The translations under genes and the position numbers were made by a program. A stretch of 64,000 bases of DNA from an uncultured Nitrososphaerota archaeon (lineage in GTDB: Archaea > Thermoproteota > Methanomethylicia > Methanomethylicales > Methanomethylicaceae), in NCBI GenBank assembly GCA_964617245.1, contig CAZTWF010000106.1, forward strand, positions 25,811 to 89,810. The letters are read 5' to 3'. A model generated the notes under the pieces. The model saw nothing but the letters and a program-made list of their open reading frames with translations, did not search any database and had not been told where the DNA came from. Shown here one piece after another: positions 31,811-41,667 of the stretch (within the stretch, counting starts at the first letter, position 1; each line of letters starts with the position of its first letter).

Positions 31811-33611
31811 ATGCCATTAAGACAACCTATTGTTACAGTATTAGGTCATGTTGATGTTGGAAAAACTCTCTTGTTAGATAAAATAAGAGGAACAGCTGTT
31901 ATGACAAGAGAAATTGGGGCCATGACTGCTTAAAAAGCAGTGGCAGACCCAACATATTGGTGCTAGTTTCCTACCTATGAGTGTAATTGTAAATTATTGT
32001 AGAGCTATTATAAAGAATTTTGAAAGTAAACTTCAAATTCCTGGTTTATTAGTAATTGATACACCTGGTCATGAAGTATTTTCAAATTTAAGATTTAGAG
32101 GAGGAGCAGTTTCTGATATTGCTATTCTTGTTATTGATGTATTAAAAGGTGTTGAAAAACAAACAGAAGAATGTATTGAAATACTTAGATCAAAGAAAAC
32201 ACCTTTTGTAGTTGCAGCAAATAAAATAGATAGAATAGATGGATGGAAACCAAATCCAAATAAACCATTTATTGAGTCATATAAAATGCAAGAATCTTAT
32301 GTAAGATCAAGACTAGATGAATTAATTTATAAAATTATTGGTGAATTATCAAGATTTGGTTTTTCTTCTGATAGATATGATAGAGTAAAAGATTTCACAA
32401 GAACTATTGCCATAGTTCCAACAAGTGCTATTACAGGTGAAGGTATTCCAGAACTTCTTGCTATTCTTTGTGGTTTAGCACAACAATATCTAAAAAGTCG
32501 TTTAACAATTACAGAAGGACCTGGAAAAGGTGTTATACTTGAGAAAAAAGAAGAAGCTGGACTTGGTACAACAATAGATGTTATTTTATATGATGGTATC
32601 ATAAAAAAAGGTGATACTATTATTGTTGGTGGAATTGAAGGTCCAATCATAACAAAAGTAAGAGCTCTTTTACTTCCAAAGCCTTTAGATGAAATGAGAG
32701 ATCCAGAAGATAAGTTCCTTCTTGTTGATAAAGTAGTAGCTGCTGCTGGTGTAAAAATTGTTGCAACTAATCTTGAAAAAGCCATAGGAGGAGCTCCTAT
32801 AATTGTAGTTAGTGATGAACAATCTATTGACTCTATTAAAAATAAAATTAAAGAAGAAATTGAAGAAATAAGATTCACATCAGATATAGATGGTGTTATT
32901 GTAAAAGCAGATACGTTAGGCTCATTAGAAGCTCTTATTAGATTTCTTAAGAATTCAGGCATACCTATTAGAATCTCTGATATTGGACCAGTTAGTAAAA
33001 AAGACATTATAGAGGCTACTATTGTAAAAAGGAAAAAACCAGAACTTGGTGCAGTATTGGGATTCAATATAGAAGTTACTCAAGAAGCAGAAATAGAAAG
33101 TAAAAGTAGAAATATTCCTATATTCGTTAGTAATGTAATATATCATGTTGTTGATAACTTTAAGGCTTGGTATTCAAAAATAGTAGAAGAGTTACAAACA
33201 AAAGAATTTAGTAAGATTATTCTTCCTGGAGCTATAAAAGTTCTTCCTGGATATGTATTTAGAAGAAGTGATCCTCCTATATTTGGTATTGAGGTTTTAA
33301 TTGGAACTATTAAGCCAGGTTATTCATTAATGAAGGAAAATGGTGAAATTATAGGAGAAATTATGCAAATACAAGAACATGGAAATAATCTAAATGAAGC
33401 AAAGAAAGGTGCTAAAGTAGCAATTTCAGTAAGAGGTAATTTTACAGTAGGTAGACAAGTTAAAGAAGGAGATATACTTTATGTTTATGTAAGTGATAAT
33501 GATATATTTCTATTAAAAGAAAAATTTAGAGATAAATTATCTCAAGAAGAATTAGAATTACTTGATAAAATACTAAAAATGCAATTAAGTGGTGAGATTA
33601 TTAAAATTTAG
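31811..33611 (+). CDS. infB: translation initiation factor aIF5B (IF2 homolog), interrupted by a 22-nt BHB intron (31925-31946); mature product ~592 aa
   Basis: Exon 1 (frame 2) gives [38 protein letters not shown] then hits UAA; exon 2 (frame 0) continues [10 protein letters not shown]...IDTPGHE...; splicing at the BHB bulges gives REIGAMTQHIGA, matching canonical REAGGITQHIGA spacing. Confidence 0.85.
31925..31946 (+). other. predicted BHB-type (tRNA-splicing-endonuclease) intron within infB mRNA
   Basis: Helix 31914-18/31948-52 (5 bp); bulge 31945-47; helix 31919-22/31941-44 (4 bp); bulge 31923-25; helix 31926-30/31936-40 (5 bp); loop 31931-35; contains in-frame TAA; length is 1 mod 3 as required to join the frames. 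Confidence 0.75.
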
Positions 33612-33671
33612 TACTACGAAAGAATTATAAGCAGTATTTTAATTGATTTTAAAACTGAAATGGTGGTGTAA

Positions 33672-34049
33672 TTGGTAGAATTTAAATTAGTGATATCTAA
33701 TCCAGAAGATGGTACATCAAAAACAGTAGTAGTTAAAGACGAACTTGCTCATGTTTTTATTGGACTAAAAATAGGCGATTTCGTTGATGGAGCACTATTT
33801 GGTTATCCCAATAAGAAACTTATTATAACTGGTGGAAGTGATAAAAGTGGTATTCCTATGCGTCCTGATGTACAGGGTGGAGGAAAGAAATATGTACTAC
33901 TTGCTGGCCCCCCTGGCTATCATCCTAAAAGAAAAGGAGAAAGAAGGAAGAAACTGGTAAGAGGAAATACAATAACAGAAGACATTGTACAAATAAACTT
34001 AGTTATAAAGGAGGAGAAGAATGAGCGAGAACAAACAGCCAGAGTGTAA
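33672..34049 (+). CDS. rps6e: 30S ribosomal protein S6e
   Basis: [10 protein letters not shown]..., [16 protein letters not shown] motif. Confidence 0.88.
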   Translation: MVEFKLVISNPEDGTSKTVVVKDELAHVFIGLKIGDFVDGALFGYPNKKLIITGGSDKSGIPMRPDVQGGGKKYVLLAGPPGYHPKRKGERRKKLVRGNTITEDIVQINLVIKEEKNEREQTARV

Positions 34050-35253
34050 TATTGGTCTTACAGGTCATGTAGATCATGGAAAAACTACTCTTGTAGCTGC
34101 ATTAAGTGGTATATGGGCAGCTCGTCATAGTGAAGAACTGAAAAGAGGTATAACTATAAAATTAGGTTATGCTGATACTACCTTTAGAAAATGTCCTGAA
34201 TGTCCTCCTCCTGAATGTTATACTACAAAGGAAATTTGTCCAATACATAATGTTAAGACAATTTTTCTAAGAAAGATATCCTTTGTAGATGCACCAGGTC
34301 ATGAAAGCCTCATGGCTACAATGCTATCAGGTGCAGCATTAATGGATGGTGCAATACTAGTAATTGCTGCTAATGAAGAATGTCCTCAACCACAAACCAG
34401 AGAACATCTTGTGGCTTTAGAAATAACAGGAATTAAAGATATTGTAATCGTTCAGAATAAAATAGATGCTGTAGATAAACAAAAAGCCTTAGAAAATTAT
34501 AAACAAATTCTTTCATTTATAAAAGGAACAATTGCAGAAAATGCTCCTATTATTCCTGTATCTGCTTTATATGGGACCAATATAGATTATCTTATTCAAA
34601 CATTAGAAGAAAAAATAAAGACACCTTATAGAGATCCAACAAAACCTGCTAGAATATATATAGCAAGATCTTTTGATGTGAATAAGCCTGGTACTTTTCC
34701 AAAGGATTTGAAAGGAGGTGTGATTGGAGGTTCTCTTGTACAAGGAAGATTAAGAATTGGTGATGAATTAGAAATACGTCCTGGTATGAAAATAGAACAA
34801 GGAGGAAAAACATACTATGAGCCAATATATACATATGTTGCTAGTTTAATGGCTGGTGGACAAATATTCAAAGAAGTAGGTCCTGGAGGTCTAGTAGGTA
34901 TTGGTACCTATTTAGATCCTTCTATTACAAAAGCAGATAGTCTTGTTGGTAATATTGCAGGAAAACCTGGCACATTACCACCAGTCCAAAATGAAATAAC
35001 TATAGAATATTTCCTACTAGAACGTGCTGTTGGTACAAAAGATTTACAAAAAGTTGAACAAATAAAAGTGAGAGAAAACTTAATGTTAGTAATAGGACCT
35101 GCAGTAACTTTAGGAGTAGTTACTTCAATTCGTAAAAATGTAGCTCAGTTATTACTTAAACGTCCTTTATGTGCTGAACCTGGAATGCGTATTGCTATAA
35201 GTAGACTTATTTCTAATAGATGGAGACTTATTGGATATGGTTTCATACAATAA
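34021..35253 (+). CDS. eif2g: translation initiation factor aIF2 gamma subunit
   Basis: [10 protein letters not shown], zinc knuckle CxxC...CxxC, EF-Tu-like domains. Confidence 0.93.
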   Translation: MSENKQPECNIGLTGHVDHGKTTLVAALSGIWAARHSEELKRGITIKLGYADTTFRKCPECPPPECYTTKEICPIHNVKTIFLRKISFVDAPGHESLMATMLSGAALMDGAILVIAANEECPQPQTREHLVALEITGIKDIVIVQNKIDAVDKQKALENYKQILSFIKGTIAENAPIIPVSALYGTNIDYLIQTLEEKIKTPYRDPTKPARIYIARSFDVNKPGTFPKDLKGGVIGGSLVQGRLRIGDELEIRPGMKIEQGGKTYYEPIYTYVASLMAGGQIFKEVGPGGLVGIGTYLDPSITKADSLVGNIAGKPGTLPPVQNEITIEYFLLERAVGTKDLQKVEQIKVRENLMLVIGPAVTLGVVTSIRKNVAQLLLKRPLCAEPGMRIAISRLISNRWRLIGYGFIQ

Positions 35254-35623
35254 ACCAGTTTTACTTGATACAAATATTATAATTTATGCTGTTTCTGAAC
35301 CTTTTGATTTAATATCTCAAATAAAAGAAATTGGATTTAATGATATAGTCATCATAGAGAGTATTATAAAAGAACTTAAAAGATTATCTACTAAAGGTAA
35401 TAATAAGGAAAGAAAATTTGCTAAACTTGCATTAGATCTTTGTAAAAAATTTAGAATAGAAAAAGATCCACCAATTACTGGAAGTATTGATGATAAAATT
35501 ATATATGTTGCAAAAAATAAAGGCTATATTATTGCAACTTCAGATGTTTTATTAAGAGGGAGATTAAAAGAATTAGGTCTTACAACAATATATCTAAAAG
35601 ATAAAAGACTTCAATTAGATTAA
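35231..35623 (+). CDS. PIN-domain protein
   Basis: LLDTNIII... N-terminal PIN motif with conserved Asp; conserved position between eIF2gamma and rpoE. Confidence 0.65.
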   Translation: MDMVSYNKPVLLDTNIIIYAVSEPFDLISQIKEIGFNDIVIIESIIKELKRLSTKGNNKERKFAKLALDLCKKFRIEKDPPITGSIDDKIIYVAKNKGYIIATSDVLLRGRLKELGLTTIYLKDKRLQLD

Positions 35624-35691
35624 AATTATTAAGTATTAAATTTATATAGTATATTTTTATTGTTTACTATAAGTTAATTTGGTGATAAATA

Positions 35692-36282
35692 ATGTTTAAA
35701 CTTTTACAAGTTAATGATGTAGTTAGAATACCACCAGATAAATTTGATAGCCCTTTAGAAGCTGTAGCAACTGAAGTATTAAGAGCCACATATGAAGGGA
35801 CTGTATCCCGTGAACTTGGTATTATAATTGCAGTTCTAAATGTAAAAGTTTCAGATATTGGAAAAATTTTACCTGGTAATGGTGGTATTTATCATAAAGT
35901 ATCCTTTGATCTTCTTGTATTTATGCCTGTTATTCAAGAAGTTATTGAAGGAGAAGTAGTTGATGTAACAGATTTTGGTGTTTTTGTTAGAATTGGGCCT
36001 ATCGATGGTTTAATTCATATTTCTCAAATTATAGATGATTTTATAACATATGATGAAAAACGTGGTGCATTAATGGGCAAAGAAACACATCGTATATTAG
36101 AAAAAGGGATGATAGTAAGAGCTAGAATAATAACTGTAAGTCTAAGTACAGGTCCATCTCGTAGTAGTAAAATAGGTCTTACTATGCGTCAACCATTTCT
36201 TGGTGCAATTTCTTGGATAGAAGAAGATATTAATAAATCTATAAAAGAAGTTAAAAAAGAGGTTAAAAAAGAAGGTAAGTAA
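35692..36282 (+). CDS. rpoE: DNA-directed RNA polymerase subunit E prime (Rpo7), S1 domain
   Basis: Rpo7 similarity, S1 domain, conserved neighborhood. Confidence 0.85.
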   Translation: MFKLLQVNDVVRIPPDKFDSPLEAVATEVLRATYEGTVSRELGIIIAVLNVKVSDIGKILPGNGGIYHKVSFDLLVFMPVIQEVIEGEVVDVTDFGVFVRIGPIDGLIHISQIIDDFITYDEKRGALMGKETHRILEKGMIVRARIITVSLSTGPSRSSKIGLTMRQPFLGAISWIEEDINKSIKEVKKEVKKEGK

Positions 36283-36284
36283 TA

Positions 36285-36494
36285 ATGAAGAAAGATAAAC
36301 CTTCTTCAATTAAATTTGTATGTAGAAAATGTAAGTATATATTAGGTGAAGATGAAACAAAATGTCCAATATGTGGTGGAAGTGATTTAACTGAAGATTG
36401 GGAAGGTTTAATAATAATACTTGATACTTCTTCTGCTTTAGCTGAAGTAATAAATGCTAAAAGACCAGGAAGATATGCTATAAAAGTACGCTAA
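36285..36494 (+). CDS. spt4: transcription elongation factor Spt4 (RpoE double prime)
   Basis: CRKCKY...CPICG zinc ribbon, 69 aa, follows rpoE. Confidence 0.85.
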   Translation: MKKDKPSSIKFVCRKCKYILGEDETKCPICGGSDLTEDWEGLIIILDTSSALAEVINAKRPGRYAIKVR

Positions 36495-36505
36495 GAGGAT
36501 TGTAA

Positions 36506-37015
36506 TTGGGGCTTTTAAGACTTCCTGAAGAACTTCGTTCAGAATTATCAAAACCTCTTGGTTTTTTACTTGAGAATACTATTGATAATAATGTAATATA
36601 TGTTTTAAATTTAATTAAAGAGAAAAATCCTCCTAAGGTTATAATTGTTGGTGATTATGTACTTTCAGCATTTATTAAGTATAATTATATTCCAGATATT
36701 GGAATATTTGATAAGAAAAGTAAAAGATCACCTTTTCAATTAAGTATTAATCCTGACATATGTATAAAGAATCCAGCAGGTCATTTATCAGATGAAGCTA
36801 TAGATATTATAAAAAGTGCATTAAATTCTCAAAAAAAATTAATGATATATGTTGAGGGAGAGGAAGATTTGTTAGCATTACCAGCTATTATATTCTCACC
36901 AATTAATTCATTTATAATCTATGGTTTAATGGATAGAGGAATGGTTATTGTAATAAATGATGAAGAGAAAAAAATAAAATTATATGAAATTCTTAAAAGA
37001 TTTGAAAGAGTTTAA
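36506..37015 (+). CDS. DUF359 protein, putative GTP-dependent dephospho-CoA kinase
   Basis: DUF359 motifs (IVGDYV, VEGEEDLLALPA); conserved position after spt4. Confidence 0.65.
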   Translation: MGLLRLPEELRSELSKPLGFLLENTIDNNVIYVLNLIKEKNPPKVIIVGDYVLSAFIKYNYIPDIGIFDKKSKRSPFQLSINPDICIKNPAGHLSDEAIDIIKSALNSQKKLMIYVEGEEDLLALPAIIFSPINSFIIYGLMDRGMVIVINDEEKKIKLYEILKRFERV

Positions 37016-37022
37016 AAAGAAT

Positions 37023-38276
37023 TTAAATCCAGCCTCTTGTTTTCATTGCATCAACTACTCTACTTATTGCACAAATATATGCTGCCATTCTCATATCTAC
37101 ATTGTAGTTACAATAAGTTTCATAAACTCTATTAAAAGCTTTTACTAGTAATTTATCAAGTTTATCAAATACTTCTTCCTTACTCCAATAATATCCTTGT
37201 AGATTCTGAACCCATTCAAAGTATGATACACTAACACCTCCAGCATTTGCTAATATATCTGGTACTACCATGCTCCCTTTCTTATGAAGTATATCATCAG
37301 CCTCAGGTGTTGTAGGTCCATTTGCACCTTCTAATATTAATTTTGCTTTTATTCTATCAGCATTTTTCTCAGTTATTTGATTTTCAAGTGCTGCTGGAAT
37401 AAGTATATCACATTCTTTCTCTAATAATTCTTCATTACTTACTACTTCAGCTCCAGGATAATTAATAACACTTCCAGTTTTTTTCTTAAATTCTAAAACA
37501 GCATCAGCTGAAAAACCATCTTTATTGTAAATTCCTCCTCTTGAATCACTTATTCCAATAATTTTACAACCTAATTTTTCCATGAAATATGCAGAATAAT
37601 AGCCTACATTTCCAAATCCTTGTACTATTACTTTTGCATTTTTTAAATCAATATTTAATTTCTTTGCAGCTTCTCTTCCTACTATAGCAACACCAAGTCC
37701 AGTGGCTTCTGTCCTTCCTTCTGATCCACCTATATTTACAGGTTTACCTGTAATTACACCTGGAACATTATATCCTTTCCATTTACTATATTCATCCATG
37801 AACCATGCCATTTCTCTACTTGAAGTATTTACATCTCCTGCAGGAATGTCTATTTCTGGTCCTACAATTCTTGATATTGCATAAAAGTAACCTCTTGATA
37901 ATCTTTCTATTTCACCAATACTCATTTCTTTTGGATTACAAATAACTCCTCCTTTTCCTCCTCCATATGGCAATCCTACTACTGAACACTTCCATGTCAT
38001 CCACATTGACAATGCAATTACTTCTTCCATTGTGACATTTGGATGATATCGTATACCTCCTTTAAATGGCCCTAAAGCATCATTATGTTGAGATCTAAAA
38101 CCTCTAAATACTTTTATGGTACCATTATCCATTCTTACAGGAATATATACACATAGAACTCTTTTTGGATATTTGAGAATTTCATGTGCATTTGGGTCTA
38201 AGTTCATTATTTTTGCACATTTATTTAATTGTTCTAAAGCCATTTCATATGGATTTCTTTCGTACATAGTCTTCAC
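37023..38276 (-). CDS. gdhA: glutamate dehydrogenase
   Basis: 417 aa; GGGKGG and NAD(P)-binding GFGNVG motifs. Confidence 0.93.
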   Translation of the reverse strand: MKTMYERNPYEMALEQLNKCAKIMNLDPNAHEILKYPKRVLCVYIPVRMDNGTIKVFRGFRSQHNDALGPFKGGIRYHPNVTMEEVIALSMWMTWKCSVVGLPYGGGKGGVICNPKEMSIGEIERLSRGYFYAISRIVGPEIDIPAGDVNTSSREMAWFMDEYSKWKGYNVPGVITGKPVNIGGSEGRTEATGLGVAIVGREAAKKLNIDLKNAKVIVQGFGNVGYYSAYFMEKLGCKIIGISDSRGGIYNKDGFSADAVLEFKKKTGSVINYPGAEVVSNEELLEKECDILIPAALENQITEKNADRIKAKLILEGANGPTTPEADDILHKKGSMVVPDILANAGGVSVSYFEWVQNLQGYYWSKEEVFDKLDKLLVKAFNRVYETYCNYNVDMRMAAYICAISRVVDAMKTRGWI

Positions 38277-38457
38277 TAGTTCAAAATGTTTTATTAAACT
38301 TACTAATATTCTTTTCCTTATTTAAATTAAGATTTTTTATAAAAGCTATTTATTTTATTAAAAAATTTAAAAATATTAAGAAATTCTTAATGGAAGTTAG
38401 ATTATCAACTACCGATAAGCTAAAAAAGGTGCTTTTTCTCTACTTTCTTGATCTAAT

Positions 38458-38775
38458 ATGTCTTCAGAGGGAATACAAATCTCTATAATTGATGATAAAT
38501 ATAACTCTGTTATGCAACGAAGAGAACTTAAGGTAGAGATAGTTTCAAAGAGTACTCCAAGTAGAGATTCATTAAGAAAAATTCTAGCAGATTTCTTTAA
38601 AGTTCCAGTAGAATGTCTTTTTGTAATAAATTGTATTACATCATTTGGAACAAATACTTCAATATGTAGAGTTCATATCTATAATGATGCAGAATATGGA
38701 AAAAAGATAGAACCAAAATACATACAATTAAGAAATTTACCAAGAGAAGAACGTAAAAAATTAATGAGTAAGTAG
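38458..38775 (+). CDS. rps24e: 30S ribosomal protein S24e
   Basis: S24e similarity (TPSR..., KIEPKY). Confidence 0.85.
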   Translation: MSSEGIQISIIDDKYNSVMQRRELKVEIVSKSTPSRDSLRKILADFFKVPVECLFVINCITSFGTNTSICRVHIYNDAEYGKKIEPKYIQLRNLPREERKKLMSK

Positions 38776-38783
38776 GTGAATTT

Positions 38784-38954
38784 ATGGCAAAGAAAACAAA
38801 ACCACATGAACTTTATGAATATGATTATTCTAAAGGTACAATAAAACCAAAAAATAAGATATGTTCAAGATGTGGAAAATTTATGGCAAAACATACAAAA
38901 CCAGTTCCAAGATGGGCTTGTGGATATTGTGGATACACAATATTTATACATTAA
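38784..38954 (+). CDS. rps27ae: 30S ribosomal protein S27ae (zinc ribbon)
   Basis: 56-aa ORF MAKKTKPHELYEYDYSKGTIKPKNKICSRCGKFMAKH...CGYCGYT; below ORF-track cutoff. Confidence 0.85.
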   Translation: MAKKTKPHELYEYDYSKGTIKPKNKICSRCGKFMAKHTKPVPRWACGYCGYTIFIH

Positions 38955-38964
38955 GGTATAATCT

Positions 38965-39957
38965 ATGAAAGTTTACATAATGGGTATAGAATCTACAGCT
39001 CATACTTTTGGTTGTAGCATTGTAACATCTAATGGAGAAATATTATCAAATGTAAAATCTGAATATGTCCCTCCTTCTGGAGGAATACATCCAAGAGAAG
39101 CTAGTCAACATCATTCTCAAAAAGCATTATCTGTAATAAAAAAAGCTTTAGAAGAAGCAAAAATTTCTATTTATGATATAGATGGAGTAGCTATATCCTT
39201 AGGTCCAGGATTAGGTCCATGTCTTAGAACTGGTGCTACAATTGCAAGAGCTATTGCATTATTAATAAATAAACCATTAATTCCTGTAAATCATTGTGTA
39301 GCTCATATAGAAATAGGAAGATTGGTTACTAAAGAAGAAGATCCTTTAGTAGTATATGTTTCTGGTGGAAATACTATAATTTCAGCTTTTTCAGATGGTA
39401 GATATAGAGTATTTGGAGAGACTTTAGATATTGCCTTAGGAAATTGTCTTGATGTATTTGCTAGATACTTAGGATTATCTCATCCTGGTGTTCCAAAACT
39501 TGAAGCTTTAGCAGATAAAGGAAAGAATTTTATTTTCCTACCATATATAGTAAAAGGACAAGATGTTTCTTATTCTGGTTTATTAACAACAGCAATAAAA
39601 TATATTGGAAAATATGATCCATGTGATTTAAGTATGAGTTTATTAGAAACAGCTTATGGTATGTTAGCAGAAGTAACAGAAAGAGCTTTAGCTCATACAG
39701 AAAAAACCTCTTTACTTCTTACAGGAGGAGTTGCAAGAAGTTTACGTTTACAAAGAATTTTAAAATCTGTTTGTGAAGAACATTCAGCAAGATTTCATGT
39801 AGTTCCTCCTGAACTTGCTGGAGATAATGCTGCTATGATTGCTTGGACAGGATATTTAGCATATAAAGAAAATATTACCATACCAATAGAATCAAGTTTT
39901 ATAAAACAGAGATGGCGACTTGATGAGGTTGAAATTCCATGGAGAATGAAATATTAA
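38965..39957 (+). CDS. kae1: tRNA N6-adenosine threonylcarbamoyltransferase Kae1 (KEOPS)
   Basis: Kae1/TsaD ASKH-fold signature; followed by bud32. Confidence 0.92.
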   Translation: MKVYIMGIESTAHTFGCSIVTSNGEILSNVKSEYVPPSGGIHPREASQHHSQKALSVIKKALEEAKISIYDIDGVAISLGPGLGPCLRTGATIARAIALLINKPLIPVNHCVAHIEIGRLVTKEEDPLVVYVSGGNTIISAFSDGRYRVFGETLDIALGNCLDVFARYLGLSHPGVPKLEALADKGKNFIFLPYIVKGQDVSYSGLLTTAIKYIGKYDPCDLSMSLLETAYGMLAEVTERALAHTEKTSLLLTGGVARSLRLQRILKSVCEEHSARFHVVPPELAGDNAAMIAWTGYLAYKENITIPIESSFIKQRWRLDEVEIPWRMKY

Positions 39958-40586
39958 TAAAAAAAGGAGCTGAAGCTGAACTTTATAAAAGTATATGGAT
40001 GAATAGAGAGGTAGTAATAAAACGAAGAAAAAGTAAAACTTATCGAAATCCTGATTTAGATAGATATATTCGTGTACATAGAACAAGTTTAGAAGCTAGA
40101 CTCCTTTCAGATGCAAGAAAACTTGGTATTCCTACTCCAATTATATATGATGTTGATTTAAATAACACTCAAATAATTATGAGTTTTATTAAAGGTCCAC
40201 AATTAAAGAATTTAATTCCAAAAATGAGTAAAGAATGTATGAGGAAAATATTTATAGAAATAGGAAGATTAGTTGGTTTATTACATAAAGGTGGAATTGT
40301 TCATGGTGATTTAACAACTTCAAATATGTTAATACAAAATGATATGATTTTCTTTATAGATTTTGGATTAGGAGGTTATACAAAGGATATTGAAGCAAGA
40401 GGTGTAGATATCCATTTGATGCGAAGAGCTATTGAAAGTTTATATTATGAATTTTCAGAATTTGCATATGAAAGTTTTATTATTGGATATAAAGAAATAA
40501 TGTTAGATGAAGCAAATGATATATTAAAAAGAGTAATTGAAATAAGAAAAAGAGGAAGATATGTAGAAGGTGATAGGCATAAGTGA
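39939..40586 (+). CDS. bud32: KEOPS complex kinase/ATPase Bud32
   Basis: Small RIO-like kinase with HGDLTTSNM catalytic loop; adjacent to kae1. Confidence 0.88.
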   Translation: MENEILIKKGAEAELYKSIWMNREVVIKRRKSKTYRNPDLDRYIRVHRTSLEARLLSDARKLGIPTPIIYDVDLNNTQIIMSFIKGPQLKNLIPKMSKECMRKIFIEIGRLVGLLHKGGIVHGDLTTSNMLIQNDMIFFIDFGLGGYTKDIEARGVDIHLMRRAIESLYYEFSEFAYESFIIGYKEIMLDEANDILKRVIEIRKRGRYVEGDRHK

Positions 40587-41151
40587 AATATATTTTATAA
40601 CAAGTAATGATCATAAAGTAAAAGAAGCAAATCGAATTTTATCACAATTTAACATCCATTTAAAAAAATTAAATATAAAAAAACTAGAAATACAATCTAA
40701 TTCTCTTGAGAAAATTGTAAAATATTCATTATTATATGCTATAAAAAAGCTAAATAATGAATTAATTATTGAAGATTCAGGTCTTTTTATAAAGAAGCTT
40801 AATGGTTTTCCAGGACCTTTTTCTTCTTATGTTTATAAAAGACTAAGATGTAATGGAATATTAAAATTAATGCAAGATATATCAGATAGAAGAGCATTAT
40901 TCAAATGTGTTGTTGGTTATTGTTCTCCTAATACTAAACCAGTAATCTTTCATGGTATTTGTTATGGAAATATATCATATGAAATACGAGGCTCTCATGG
41001 ATTTGGTTTTGATCCGATTTTCATTCCTGATAATTCTAATGGACTTACATTTTCTGAATTATTACCTGAAGAAAAAGATAAATTCTCTCATCGTGGAATT
41101 GCATTTAGAAAATTTGGGGAATGGTATATAAATAATATTGCTAAACCTTAA
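40570..41151 (+). CDS. non-canonical purine NTP pyrophosphatase (Ham1/RdgB/ITPase)
   Basis: Ham1 motifs (SNDHKVKE, FGFDPIF, SHR). Confidence 0.85.
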   Translation: MIGISEIYFITSNDHKVKEANRILSQFNIHLKKLNIKKLEIQSNSLEKIVKYSLLYAIKKLNNELIIEDSGLFIKKLNGFPGPFSSYVYKRLRCNGILKLMQDISDRRALFKCVVGYCSPNTKPVIFHGICYGNISYEIRGSHGFGFDPIFIPDNSNGLTFSELLPEEKDKFSHRGIAFRKFGEWYINNIAKP

Positions 41152-41194
41152 ATAACAGTTTATCTCTTTATCGCTTACATATAGGTGAGAGTAT

Positions 41195-41641
41195 TTGAAG
41201 AAAAGTAAAAGAAAAGGTAAATCACATTCAACCAGACCTATAACAACTATTTCCAAATGGGTAAAATATACTCCAGAAGAGATAGAATCTTTAGTAGTTG
41301 AACTTGCAAAAAAGGGAATACCTCCTTCTCAGATTGGTATTATTCTTAGGGATCAATATGGTATACCCTTAGTTAGGCAAATAACTGGTAAGCGGATCTG
41401 TGAAATACTAGAAGAAAGAAAATTATTACCTACCATACCAGAAGATTTACATAACTTAATAAAACGTGCTAGTAGAGCTAGAAGACATTTAGAAGAACAT
41501 CCAAAAGATATGAGCTCTAAAAGAGGTCTACAGCTCATAGAGTCTAAAATAAATAGACTTGCCAAATACTATATATCTATAGGCAGATTACCTTCTGATT
41601 GGAAATATGTACCAGAGAAAGTATCTATATTATCAAAATAA
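41195..41641 (+). CDS. rps15: 30S ribosomal protein S15 (S13e)
   Basis: S15/S13e similarity; TTG start. Confidence 0.85.
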   Translation: MKKSKRKGKSHSTRPITTISKWVKYTPEEIESLVVELAKKGIPPSQIGIILRDQYGIPLVRQITGKRICEILEERKLLPTIPEDLHNLIKRASRARRHLEEHPKDMSSKRGLQLIESKINRLAKYYISIGRLPSDWKYVPEKVSILSK

Positions 41642-41667
41642 GAAATTAGCAAACTAAAGGGGATATT

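Noticed and set aside
32327-33067. 246-aa ORF on minus strand
   Set aside because: Lies antisense inside infB, whose plus-strand product has strong aIF5B homology; AT-rich genomes generate long spurious antisense ORFs; low-complexity S/I/L-rich translation
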